This document shows, in pieces, positions 1 to 8,964 of a DNA stretch of 64,000 nucleotides. The position numbers and the translations under genes are program-made. The notes under the pieces are model-generated. The model was not told the origin of the DNA and made no database searches. It worked only from the letters and a program-made list of their open reading frames with translations. How positions within the stretch are numbered: the first letter of the stretch is position 1; each line of letters begins with the position of its first letter. Location: positions 12,477 through 76,476 of the forward strand of contig JAZOSN010000032.1 in NCBI GenBank assembly GCA_045657105.1, read 5' to 3'. Origin of the DNA: Eubacteriales bacterium (GTDB taxonomy: Bacteria > Bacillota > Clostridia > Oscillospirales > CAG-272).

Positions 1-1311
1 ATCGTAAGGGGCGCACCCGAGCTTATCCTTCCAAACGTTGAAAGTATAGTCACTTCAAACGGCAAAATAGACAAGAGCTTTGATAAAAATAAGGTGTACG
101 CGAGAATGCGCGAAATGACCTCTCAGGCAATCAGAGTTCTTGCCGTGGCTCTTTGTGAAAGCCTGCCCGAAAAGGGGCTTGCAGGGCAAAAATTTACGCT
201 TGTCGCGCTCGTAGGAGTGCGTGATAAGGTTCGTAGGGAAGCGAGAGCGGCGGTCGATGAGATACACGGCGCACTCGTTCAGGTAGTGATGCTCACGGGT
301 GATAATAAGGAAACCGCAAGCGCGGTCGCCCGTGAATGCGGAGTAATCGGAAAATTTTCGGACAGTGTTGTCCTTACCGGCGAGGAGCTCTCGAAAATGA
401 GCGATAAAGAGGTGAGCGAGATACTCCCAAGACTCGCGGTCATAGCAAGAGCTCTGCCGGGGGATAAAAGTCGACTCGTTCGTATAGCGCAGGATATGCA
501 GCTCGTCGTCGGAATGACGGGTGACGGAGTAAACGACGCGCCTGCGCTCAAAAAAGCCGATATAGGCTTTGCTATGGGGAGTGGCACCGACGTTGCCAAG
601 GAAGCAGGCGATATAGTCGTGCTTGATAATAATTTTAGGTCGATAGTCAAAGCGGTGCTGTACGGACGGACGATTTTTGCAAGTATACGAAAATTTATAA
701 CCTTTCAGCTCACGATGAACCTGTGCGCGGTCGCAGTGAGTCTTATCGGACCTTTTATCGGAATAGATACTCCGATAAGCGTAATACAGATGCTCTGGGT
801 AAATATAATCATGGATACCCTGGGCGCGCTCGCGTTTGCAGGCGAGGCGGCGGTCAAGGATATAATGAAGGAAAAGCCGAAAAAGCGGAGCGAGGGACTG
901 CTATCAAAATATATGATAGGGCATATCGTCTTTTCGGGGACGGTTACCGTCGCACTCTGCCTTACTTTCCTGTGCAGCAATAAAATAAAAGCCTTTTACG
1001 GCGCTTTTGACGATCCGACAAGACATCTCGGCGCGTTTTTCGGACTGTTCGTTTTTCTCGGAATATTCAACTGCTTCACCGCACGTACCGAGCGCGTAAA
1101 TATCGGCGCGCATCTTGAAAAAAACAGGGCGTTCATCTTAATAATGACGCTCGTTGCGGTAATACAGACGCTTATGATCTATTTCGGCGGAGCGACCTTC
1201 CGAACGCTGCCGCTTAGCTTCACCGAGCTTTCGTTCGTTGTGACTCTCGCCTTTCTCGTCGTTCCTGCGGATACTGTGTGGAAGGTGTTTCTACGGACGA
1301 GGCGTAAATAA
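1..1311 (+). CDS. P-type cation-transporting ATPase (type II, Ca2+-ATPase-like), C-terminal part; 5' end lies outside the window
   Basis: Frame 1 is open from nt 1. The translation carries the P-type hinge motifs MLTGDN and GDGVNDAPALKKADIGFAMG, followed by several hydrophobic C-terminal helices. Confidence 0.85.
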   Translation: MVRGAPELILPNVESIVTSNGKIDKSFDKNKVYARMREMTSQAIRVLAVALCESLPEKGLAGQKFTLVALVGVRDKVRREARAAVDEIHGALVQVVMLTGDNKETASAVARECGVIGKFSDSVVLTGEELSKMSDKEVSEILPRLAVIARALPGDKSRLVRIAQDMQLVVGMTGDGVNDAPALKKADIGFAMGSGTDVAKEAGDIVVLDNNFRSIVKAVLYGRTIFASIRKFITFQLTMNLCAVAVSLIGPFIGIDTPISVIQMLWVNIIMDTLGALAFAGEAAVKDIMKEKPKKRSEGLLSKYMIGHIVFSGTVTVALCLTFLCSNKIKAFYGAFDDPTRHLGAFFGLFVFLGIFNCFTARTERVNIGAHLEKNRAFILIMTLVAVIQTLMIYFGGATFRTLPLSFTELSFVVTLAFLVVPADTVWKVFLRTRRK

Positions 1312-1480
1312 GCAAGACGGATGAGGTGATCCCCGACCGATAATATCTCTGTATGCGAATTTTCGTACAACGGGGTACTACTCATCCACCACTGCGCTTC
1401 GCTTGTGGTCCCCCTTCTCTCGCAAGAGAAGGCTTTGATAGGAAAAGAGCAGTTCGAGTGAACTGCTCTTTAGCTTTTTA

Positions 1481-2878
1481 TCATTCAATCTCCATTACCT
1501 TGCTAACGAAAAACTCTCCGCGCTCCTCGAAATTCTTGAACATATCAAAGCTGGCGCAGGCAGGGGAGAGAAGCACTATGTCGCCCGCTTTTGCTATTTC
1601 TGAGGCAACTCTTACGCTATCTGCGAGGTCTGTCGTTTCGTAAATTTCCGGCTTTTCTACGGCGCTCTTGTACTCCTTAGAGGAAACGAGTGCGCTCTTT
1701 ATCTTGTCTTTCGTTGCACCGCAAAGGATCACCGCCTTCGCCTTTTCGCAAAGGGGCGCGGCGAGCGGCTCGAAGGGAATATTTTTATCGTATCCGCCGC
1801 AGAGAACTATTGTCTTTTGCACAAAATTCGAGAGCGCCGCCGCTGTTCTAGTCGGGCTTGAATCTATCGAACTGTTATAGTATTTTACGCCGCGAAGCTC
1901 GCGTACGAACTGACATCTGTGGGCAACTCCGCCGAAATTCTTTGCTACCTCGCATATCGACTCTGTTGAAACTATGCCGTAAAGCGCACCGATCGCCGCC
2001 ATATAGTTCTCGACGTTGTGGCGTCCGGGAATCTTTATATCCGCGCTTTTCAGTATCGCATTTTCATTATAATATATAGTTCCGTCCTTTTCGTAAACCC
2101 TGTTTTCGCAGTCGGGAACGGATTTTGACGAGAAATATACGACCGTTCCTTTTGCGCTCTTTCCGAGCTCTCTTGTAACGGGGTTCTCCCAATTGAGCAC
2201 GATGCGCGAGGAAGAGTCCTGATATTTCATTACGTTCGCTTTCGCGTCGATGTATTCCTGCATACCGAGATGGTAGTCAAGATGGTTGGGAGTAACGTTC
2301 GTTATGACCGCGATCTCGGGGGATTTTGCCATCGTGTGAAGCTGGAATGAGGAAAGCTCGGCTACCGAATAGCTGTTCTCGTCCATATCGTCAACGCGAG
2401 GGAGCAGAGGAAATCCGATATTTCCGCCGAGGAAGGTGTTTTTGCCGTCAGCTTCGAGGATCTTACTGATCACAGTCGTAGTCGTCGATTTTCCGTCGCT
2501 TCCGGTGATGCCTATCGTGCGAGCGGGGGTGATGTCGAAATAGAGCTGCATCTCAGATGTGATCTCGGCGCCTCTTTTCGCCGCCTCTATAAGCGAGGGC
2601 TTATCGAAACGGATACCCGGCGAGCGGAAAACTATGTCCTCGGTGATGTTTTCAAGATAGTTTTCTCCGCAGATAAGCGTGACTCCCTTGGCTTCAAGCG
2701 AAGCGGAAAGCTCACTTCCCAGCTTTTCGCGGTCCTTCATATCGCGCGCCACGACTCTTGCGCCGTATTTTAGCAAAAAATCAATAAGCGGAAGATTGGA
2801 AACGCCGATGCCGAGCACCGCCGCGCTTTTTCCGTTAAGCATATTTTTAAGATAGATTTCTCTCTCGGTCATGTTCAC
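1481..2878 (-). CDS. murD: UDP-N-acetylmuramoylalanine--D-glutamate ligase
   Basis: 465 aa with an N-terminal Rossmann-like GIGVSN motif and the Mur ligase P-loop GITGSDGKSTTT; length and domain order are typical of MurD. Confidence 0.9.
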   Translation of the reverse strand: MNMTEREIYLKNMLNGKSAAVLGIGVSNLPLIDFLLKYGARVVARDMKDREKLGSELSASLEAKGVTLICGENYLENITEDIVFRSPGIRFDKPSLIEAAKRGAEITSEMQLYFDITPARTIGITGSDGKSTTTTVISKILEADGKNTFLGGNIGFPLLPRVDDMDENSYSVAELSSFQLHTMAKSPEIAVITNVTPNHLDYHLGMQEYIDAKANVMKYQDSSSRIVLNWENPVTRELGKSAKGTVVYFSSKSVPDCENRVYEKDGTIYYNENAILKSADIKIPGRHNVENYMAAIGALYGIVSTESICEVAKNFGGVAHRCQFVRELRGVKYYNSSIDSSPTRTAAALSNFVQKTIVLCGGYDKNIPFEPLAAPLCEKAKAVILCGATKDKIKSALVSSKEYKSAVEKPEIYETTDLADSVRVASEIAKAGDIVLLSPACASFDMFKNFEERGEFFVSKVMEIE

Positions 2879-3079
2879 AGTTTAAAATTCCTTTCGGAAG
2901 AATATTTTGGACTTTTATTGACTATCATATATTATCATTATACATTGAGGAATGGAAGATATCAACAGATTTTTGAATATTTTTTGATTTTTTTGACAAA
3001 ATTGATTTCGCGCTTTAAAGTGACGGCGAAAAAGACTGAAAATTTTTGAAAAAAAGTTAAAAAAACTTGCCGAAAGATG

Positions 3080-3108
3080 TTGACAAATCGAATTTGTTCT
3101 GCTATAAT
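3080..3108 (+). promoter_or_regulatory. sigma-A type promoter for tRNA-Gln
   Basis: Perfect TTGACA (3080-3085), a 17-nt spacer and perfect TATAAT (3103-3108), preceded by an A/T-rich UP-like tract; it lies 40 nt upstream of the tRNA 5' end. Confidence 0.65.
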
Positions 3109-3148
3109 ACAAAACGTCGCCGAAAGTGCGATACCAAACATAAAACGT

Positions 3149-3219
3149 TGGGGAATTGTGTAACGGTAGCACAGCAGACTCTGACTCTGTATGTTGGGGT
3201 TCGAATCCCTATTCCCCAG
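3149..3219 (+). tRNA. tRNA-Gln (anticodon CUG), no encoded CCA
   Basis: Hand-folded cloverleaf: 7-bp acceptor stem UGGGGAA/UUCCCCA, anticodon stem GCAGA/UCUGU with loop CU-CUG-AC, T-loop GGTTCGAATCC, discriminator G. Confidence 0.9.
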
Positions 3220-3225
3220 TAATGC

Positions 3226-3251
3226 AAAGGACGCCTTATGGCGTCCTTTTT
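3226..3251 (+). terminator. intrinsic terminator after tRNA-Gln
   Basis: Stem AGGACGCC/GGCGTCCT with loop TTAT, followed by a T-run. Confidence 0.7.
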
Positions 3252-3265
3252 GCGTTACTGAAAAA

Positions 3266-3283
3266 GGGAATAGGGATTCGAAC
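3266..3283. repeat. inverted 18-nt copy of the tRNA-Gln T-arm/acceptor 3' segment
   Basis: GGGAATAGGGATTCGAAC is the exact reverse complement of 3199-3216 (GTTCGAATCCCTATTCCC). A further direct 10-mer AATCCCTATT occurs at 3382-3391. Confidence 0.8.
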
Positions 3284-3510
3284 AAGGAGGGAGCGAAGCG
3301 GAAGAAAACTCTCCGGGGGAGAGTTTTCGCCGACGTGGGCAACGAGCGGAGCGAGGCGATAGGCGCGCGGCGCGCCGGAAAAATCCCTATTACGATTTAT
3401 GTTGAAAGCGCATCTTAAACGCGGCGGTAGGGGCTGGCGCCCACGACAGCCCGTTTGGCAAGGCGCAGGGCGTGTGAATCACGAAGCGAAAGCGGAGTGA
3501 TTCCGAAAAG

Positions 3511-3753
3511 TTAGTTCTCAAATAACTTCTCCATACTAACACCGAGAATTTTAGCAATTACAAAAATTTCTTTATCGGTAGCACTGCGAAGCTGACCTTC
3601 GAGCTTTGAATAACTTGTTGGATTCATATCATAACCCATGGTCTGTATTTTTGCAATGAAATCCTTTTGCTTGATTCCTTGTTCCTTGCGAAGCTTTTCT
3701 ATATTTCTGCCAACTATGTTGGCGTTTCCGTATTCTTGCTTGCGAGTTTTCAT
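3511..3753 (-). CDS. XRE-family helix-turn-helix transcriptional regulator
   Basis: 80 aa with an HTH_3-like core (IEKLRKEQGIKQKDFIAKI ... SYSKLE ... IAKILGVSMEKLF). Confidence 0.8.
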   Translation of the reverse strand: MKTRKQEYGNANIVGRNIEKLRKEQGIKQKDFIAKIQTMGYDMNPTSYSKLEGQLRSATDKEIFVIAKILGVSMEKLFEN

Positions 3754-3876
3754 GAATTTTATCCTTCTTAGTTCTTTTTTAGAATTATATCTCCGAAAAG
3801 TATTGACAAAATTCCAAAAAAGAATTATAATAAAATAAATTCCAAAACGGAATAATAACTTTGAAGGAGAAACAAG

Positions 3877-4557
3877 ATGAAAGAAGAAAAAATTATTTGC
3901 GAAGGAAATATGGGAGAGAATAAAACTTCCAAAGGGTTACTTATCGGAGCAGTTATATTCATTATCACGGCATTCGCGATGATTCTTTATTGGTATAATA
4001 ATTATGGAACACAACACTATTATGGTGGATATATGGATAAGTTTACTCCGTATACGGAACAATATGATAATGTTTTTGAATTTTATATTTATAACGGCTT
4101 CGATTTTTATTCGGAATGGGCTACAATGTCATTTTGTATGTTGATGATGGCAGCTGTTTGTGTATTGATCAGCATTTTTCTTTGGCTTTTCTGGCGTTGC
4201 GAGCTTACGGTTACCAATAAAAGAGTTTACGGCAAGGCGGCTTTCGGAAAAAGAGTTGATCTTCCGTTAAAACAGATTTCTTCGCTCGGAATGGGAATTT
4301 TTGGACGTGTCAGTGTTTCGACCTCGTCCGGACATATAAGCTTTTGGCTTCTGGAAAACAAAGAAGAAATTTTTGCCGCTATTTCCGAGCTTGTCGGTAA
4401 TTTTCAGGACGTTCCTCAAACCGGTGATAGATCGGGTGCGGCGGAAAGTCCCGAAGATGCAGCGGAAAGTATAAAGAAATTCAAGGAGCTTCTTGACGCA
4501 GGAGTTATAACTCAGGAGGAGTTTGACACGAAAAGAAAACAGATTTTAGGTCTGTGA
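3877..4557 (+). CDS. membrane protein with C-terminal SHOCT domain
   Basis: GGAG RBS; two hydrophobic helices and a PH-like middle region. The C-terminus KKFKELLDAGVITQEEFDTKRKQILGL matches the SHOCT consensus. Confidence 0.75.
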   Translation: MKEEKIICEGNMGENKTSKGLLIGAVIFIITAFAMILYWYNNYGTQHYYGGYMDKFTPYTEQYDNVFEFYIYNGFDFYSEWATMSFCMLMMAAVCVLISIFLWLFWRCELTVTNKRVYGKAAFGKRVDLPLKQISSLGMGIFGRVSVSTSSGHISFWLLENKEEIFAAISELVGNFQDVPQTGDRSGAAESPEDAAESIKKFKELLDAGVITQEEFDTKRKQILGL

Positions 4558-4567
4558 TTACATCAAA

Positions 4568-4596
4568 ACAAAAACACGCCTTCGGGCGTGTTTTTC
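4568..4596 (+). terminator. intrinsic terminator
   Basis: AAAACACGCC-TTCG-GGCGTGTTTT hairpin followed by a T-run. Confidence 0.8.
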
Positions 4597-4604
4597 TCTT
4601 ACAC

Positions 4605-4633
4605 TTGACAATCCGAATTATCTATGCTAAAAT
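4605..4633 (+). promoter_or_regulatory. sigma-A type promoter for upp
   Basis: TTGACA (4605-4610), a 17-nt spacer and TAAAAT (4628-4633), 30 nt upstream of the upp start. Confidence 0.55.
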
Positions 4634-4663
4634 CAAACAAAAGCACAAAAAGAGGGAAGTACA

Positions 4664-5305
4664 ATGAAAAACTACGAAAACGTGGTCATTTTCGACCATC
4701 CGCTTATCAGACACAAGATCGCAATTCTTCGCGACGAAAAAACGAGTATGAAGGAATTTCGTGAGCTCGTTGAGGAGATAACTACCCTTATGACCTACGA
4801 AAGTCTTAAAGACGACGTTCCGACCGTGGAGGTCGAGGTCAAAACCCCGCTCGATATTTGCACTCAGCGTATGGTAAAGGATAACGCCATCGTTATAGTA
4901 CCGATCCTTCGCGCAGGACTCGGTATGGTCAACGGAGTCCACGTTCTTTTCCCGTCGGCAAGAGTAGGGCATATCGGTATGTGCCGTAACGAGGAAACCC
5001 TTGAACCCGAAACCTATTACTGCAAGCTTCCCGACGGCATCGAGGAAAAGCTCGTCGTCGTTGTCGATCCTATGCTTGCAACCGGCGGAAGCGCCTGCGA
5101 CGCTATCGATCTTCTCAAAAAGCGCGGCTGTAAGCATATCAAATTTATGTCGATAATTGGCGCGCCCGAAGGTGTTTCGAGAGTTGCGAAGGCTCACCCG
5201 GACGTTAAGATATACGTTTCCACTCTCGACAGATGCCTGAACGAGCACGGATATATTCTCCCCGGTCTTGGAGATGCAGGCGATAGACTTTTCGGAACTA
5301 AATAA
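4664..5305 (+). CDS. upp: uracil phosphoribosyltransferase
   Basis: 213 aa with N-terminal VIFDHPLIRHKIAILRD, the PRPP-binding loop VVVVDPMLATGGS and C-terminal GDAGDRLFGTK. Confidence 0.92.
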   Translation: MKNYENVVIFDHPLIRHKIAILRDEKTSMKEFRELVEEITTLMTYESLKDDVPTVEVEVKTPLDICTQRMVKDNAIVIVPILRAGLGMVNGVHVLFPSARVGHIGMCRNEETLEPETYYCKLPDGIEEKLVVVVDPMLATGGSACDAIDLLKKRGCKHIKFMSIIGAPEGVSRVAKAHPDVKIYVSTLDRCLNEHGYILPGLGDAGDRLFGTK

Positions 5306-5436
5306 ATTATAAAGAGGCTTTTCTTTGAAAAAGCTTCTTTTTGTTTAAACATGGATAACGTGTGAATTTTGTGTTGACAAGTGTCGATATATGTGGTATA
5401 ATTACTCAAAATTACAGTAAAAGGAGATTTTTTACT

Positions 5437-6993
5437 ATGGCAGGTACGTTTTGGGCGTTTATGCCTGCGATCGTTGCGATCGTGCTCGCCCTACTTACAA
5501 AGCAGGTGTATATTTCGCTTTTCCTCGGAATATTCACAGGAGCGCTTATGTACGTCGGAGGAAATCCTCTGCGCGCGCTCGGCACACTCTATACGGTTAT
5601 GAGCGAAAAGGTCGGATCAAATGTTTCGATTATCGTTTTCCTCGTAGTCCTCGGAATTTTCGTTATTCTTATGCAGAAGTCCGGCGGATCGAGAGCTTAC
5701 GGCGACTGGGCAGGAAATAAGATAAAGTCGAAGAGCGGTGCACTTGCGGCAAGCGCAGGGCTCGGCTGCCTCATCTTCGTTGACGACTATTTCAACTGTC
5801 TTACAGTCGGCTCGGTTATGCGCCCCGTTACCGATAAGTTCAGAGTTTCTCATGCAAAGCTCGCGTGGATAATCGACTCTACGGCGGCTCCCGTTTGTAT
5901 TATCGCTCCCATTTCTTCGTGGGCGGCGGCAGTTTCGGGACAGCTTGAAGGCGACGGACTTATGGTATTCATCAAGACCATACCCTTCAACGTTTATGCG
6001 ATACTTACTATAATTATGGTATTCACCTTCTGCTATTTCAAGCTCGATTTCGGCAAGATGAAGAGAAACGAGATTATAGCAGAGGAAACGGGCGACCTCA
6101 ATGCAGGTGAAACCGATCTTCCCACCGACGAGGACGCGTCTATCGTTTCCAATCCTCGCGGTAAGGTTCGCCACCTCATCGTTCCGGTAATAATTCTTAT
6201 CGCTTGCTGTATCGGCGGAATGATCTACTCGGGATTCTTCTACGATTGGGATGCAGGTGTTTACGGCACAGCCGTTCAGTCGGCAAATGTAATCGAAGCC
6301 TTCTCGAACTGTGATGCAGGATCTTCTCTTGCAATCGGATCGACGATCGCTCTCCTTCTTGTTTCTATTTACTATTCGATAGAGAAGGTCGTTTCCTTCA
6401 AGGAAATAACCGAAAGCTTCACACAGGGCTTTAAGGCGATGGTTCCGGCAATACTCATTCTTACCTTCGCATGGTCGATCTCGGGTATTATGGGTGCTAA
6501 GGGCGGTTATCTTGACGCTCAGGCGTTCGTTGAGGCGAATATGGCAAATATTCCTCAGGCACTCGAATCGCTCTTCCCGGCGATCTTCTTCGTCCTCGCG
6601 TGTGCGATCGCATTTGCAACCGGTACCTCTTGGGGAACCTTCGGCGTTCTCGTTCCGATAGCAGTCACTCTGCTTGGCGGAAGCGGAACTCTCGTATTCC
6701 TCACCGTTTCGGCAACTCTTGGCGGTGCTGTATTCGGCGACCACGTTTCGCCTATCTCGGATACCACTATCCTTGCTTCGACGGGCGGTAACTGTAACCA
6801 CGTTGACCACGTAAAGACTCAGCTTCCGTATGCACTGTCTATGGCGGTCATATCGATAATTTCTTACGTAGTAGCAGGCTTCCTTGCACCCACAGGATCG
6901 GTCGTTGCAGGTCTTGCTATGTGGGCAGTAGCACTCGCGCTCTTTGCTACATTCGTTGCAATGATAAAGCTTGGCGGTAAGAAAAGGGCTTAA
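5437..6993 (+). CDS. Na+/H+ antiporter NhaC-family membrane transporter
   Basis: Polytopic membrane protein of NhaC-like length and pattern. The start is placed at the ATG at 5437 behind an AAGGAG RBS (the ORF opens at 5362). Confidence 0.75.
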   Translation: MAGTFWAFMPAIVAIVLALLTKQVYISLFLGIFTGALMYVGGNPLRALGTLYTVMSEKVGSNVSIIVFLVVLGIFVILMQKSGGSRAYGDWAGNKIKSKSGALAASAGLGCLIFVDDYFNCLTVGSVMRPVTDKFRVSHAKLAWIIDSTAAPVCIIAPISSWAAAVSGQLEGDGLMVFIKTIPFNVYAILTIIMVFTFCYFKLDFGKMKRNEIIAEETGDLNAGETDLPTDEDASIVSNPRGKVRHLIVPVIILIACCIGGMIYSGFFYDWDAGVYGTAVQSANVIEAFSNCDAGSSLAIGSTIALLLVSIYYSIEKVVSFKEITESFTQGFKAMVPAILILTFAWSISGIMGAKGGYLDAQAFVEANMANIPQALESLFPAIFFVLACAIAFATGTSWGTFGVLVPIAVTLLGGSGTLVFLTVSATLGGAVFGDHVSPISDTTILASTGGNCNHVDHVKTQLPYALSMAVISIISYVVAGFLAPTGSVVAGLAMWAVALALFATFVAMIKLGGKKRA

Positions 6994-7010
6994 AGTAAAA
7001 TAAAAGAAAA

Positions 7011-7039
7011 AGCTTCTCGCGCGGCGAGAAGCTTTTTTT
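7011..7039 (+). terminator. intrinsic terminator
   Basis: AGCTTCTCGC-GCG-GCGAGAAGCT hairpin followed by T7. Confidence 0.85.
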
Positions 7040-7128
7040 GTAAAATTCTATGTTTCATTTGACTTTTCATTTATTTTGTGTTATACTTGTCGAAGTGTGC
7101 CAAAATAGCTTGAAAGGAATGACTTATC

Positions 7129-8055
7129 ATGGAAAAAAATAAGACAGGAATATTTACAAATCCAATCATCGTAGCGATAATAGCTATATTCTGTTGCGCG
7201 CTCTGGGGAAGTGCAACGCCATTTATAAAGATAGGATATTCGCTTATGCTCCCTCACGGCGGCGTACCCTCTACGATGCTTTTTGCGGGTATAAGATTTA
7301 CCCTTGCGGGTATTATAACCGTTATAATATTCAGTATCGCGAGAAGAAAATTTCTTTTCCCTAAAAAAGAAAATTTCGGCAAGGTTGCGACAGTAAGCCT
7401 TTTTCAGACCGTAATTCAGTATGTTTTCTTTTACGTGGGACTCTCAAACACCTCGGGTGTAAAGGGAACGATAGCAAGCGGATCGAGCGCGTTTTTCGCA
7501 CTTTTGATCGCTGCTCTCATCTTCAGACAGGAAAAGCTTAGCGTTAAAAAGATAATTGCCTGCATTCTCGGATTCGCGGGAATAGTTGTGGTAAATATAA
7601 GCGGACTCGATCTTACGATGAATTTCACGGGCGACTGCTTCGTGCTCTTTTCCGCGATGAGCGCGGCATTTTCTTCCGTACTTATTAAGCGCTTTTCAAA
7701 AAGCGAGGATCCCGTTACCATAAGCGGTTACCAGTTCATTGTCGGCGGAATCGTTATGATAATAATCGGTCTTGCCTTTGGCGGAAGGGTTACGCTTGGC
7801 GGAACTGACGCGCTTTTAGTGCTCCTCTATCTCGCGCTTCTTTCTGCACTTGCATATTCGCTCTGGGGCATACTTCTCAAATATAATTCGGTATCCAAGG
7901 TTACTATATATAACTTTATGACTCCCGTTTTCGGAGTTCTGCTCTCGAAGGCGCTTCTCAGTGAGCAGAGTAACGTAGATCCTATAAATCTCGTTGTAAC
8001 GCTTCTGCTTATTTGCGGCGGAATTATTATGCTTAACTATAAAAAGGAATCCTGA
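7129..8055 (+). CDS. EamA/DMT-family transporter
   Basis: 308 aa with about 10 hydrophobic helices in two EamA-like halves. Confidence 0.8.
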   Translation: MEKNKTGIFTNPIIVAIIAIFCCALWGSATPFIKIGYSLMLPHGGVPSTMLFAGIRFTLAGIITVIIFSIARRKFLFPKKENFGKVATVSLFQTVIQYVFFYVGLSNTSGVKGTIASGSSAFFALLIAALIFRQEKLSVKKIIACILGFAGIVVVNISGLDLTMNFTGDCFVLFSAMSAAFSSVLIKRFSKSEDPVTISGYQFIVGGIVMIIIGLAFGGRVTLGGTDALLVLLYLALLSALAYSLWGILLKYNSVSKVTIYNFMTPVFGVLLSKALLSEQSNVDPINLVVTLLLICGGIIMLNYKKES

Positions 8056-8090
8056 GTCTGATAGTAAAGTAATTTGCAAAACAATAAATA

Positions 8091-8120
8091 AAACTCCCGA
8101 AAACGGGAGTTTTGTTGTTT
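8091..8120 (+). terminator. intrinsic terminator
   Basis: AAACTCCCG-AAAA-CGGGAGTTT hairpin followed by a T-rich tail. Confidence 0.8.
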
Positions 8121-8217
8121 ACATTGACAAATATATTATCGTGTGATATAATTCTCTCATAATATAATATTTTATATAATATTTTTTGCTTGAAATTATG
8201 TTTTGTTGGGTGTGGTT

Positions 8218-8844
8218 ATGAAGAAAATTTTATTATTTATACTTGTTTTATTTATGATTGTTATTTCGGTTGCATGTGATAGTGAATACGATGATAGATC
8301 AGGGGGTGATAGCGGATCTTCTGACATTGATTTCGGAGATGTCTTTGGAAATATGAACGCCACAAGTAAATTTGAAACCTTGCCGATAGATATGTATATG
8401 ATCGATTACGATTTCGACCTTCTTTGTAAAAAATCAGATGATTATTTTATAGAGATGGACTCTTTGCCGATTCAGGGCGACTTGGCTCCCGTGAACGTTA
8501 AAACTACGCAACAAATATATCTTTCGAGTTCGAGATATTCCTCACGTACGGAATATTACATAGTAGACGATGGTAAGGTCGCAGGATATTTATATACGAT
8601 TTCGAATTCAAATACAATGAAAAACTATTTTCCAAGCGATTTGTGTTATGATATAGAGCCCAAAACGTGTATTTCTGATTCTGGCAATTTTACTTATTGT
8701 TGTTGGAAAACCAAAGATTCATACCTTATTCTCGTTACACCAACTGACTTGGTGGATATAATGGAATATTACGATTGTCATACATCTGTTTATATTTTAC
8801 TTAAAGATTTCAAACAATTTGATTTTTACGATCAAGTTCAGTGA
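8218..8844 (+). CDS. putative lipoprotein, unknown function
   Basis: Signal peptide with lipobox MKKILLFILVLFMIVISVAC; the gene is very A+T-rich compared with its neighbours. Confidence 0.6.
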   Translation: MKKILLFILVLFMIVISVACDSEYDDRSGGDSGSSDIDFGDVFGNMNATSKFETLPIDMYMIDYDFDLLCKKSDDYFIEMDSLPIQGDLAPVNVKTTQQIYLSSSRYSSRTEYYIVDDGKVAGYLYTISNSNTMKNYFPSDLCYDIEPKTCISDSGNFTYCCWKTKDSYLILVTPTDLVDIMEYYDCHTSVYILLKDFKQFDFYDQVQ

Positions 8845-8964
8845 ATATTATAAGTGATGATTCAAAAGCACCCGAAAATTTGATTTCGGATGCTTTTTTT
8901 CTTGACATAAACCTTCCTTTATGGTAAACTCTATATCGTAATAAAAACAAAAGGAAACGTAAAA

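Noticed and set aside
1319-1478. A stack of four hairpins between the convergent ATPase and murD genes: GGATGAG..CCCC/GGGG..CTCATCC, CCAC/GTGG, CCTTCTCT/AGAGAAGG and AAGAGCAGTTC/GAACTGCTCTT.
   Set aside because: These are most simply convergent or bidirectional terminators. There is no recognisable riboswitch or sRNA signature and no flanking promoter.
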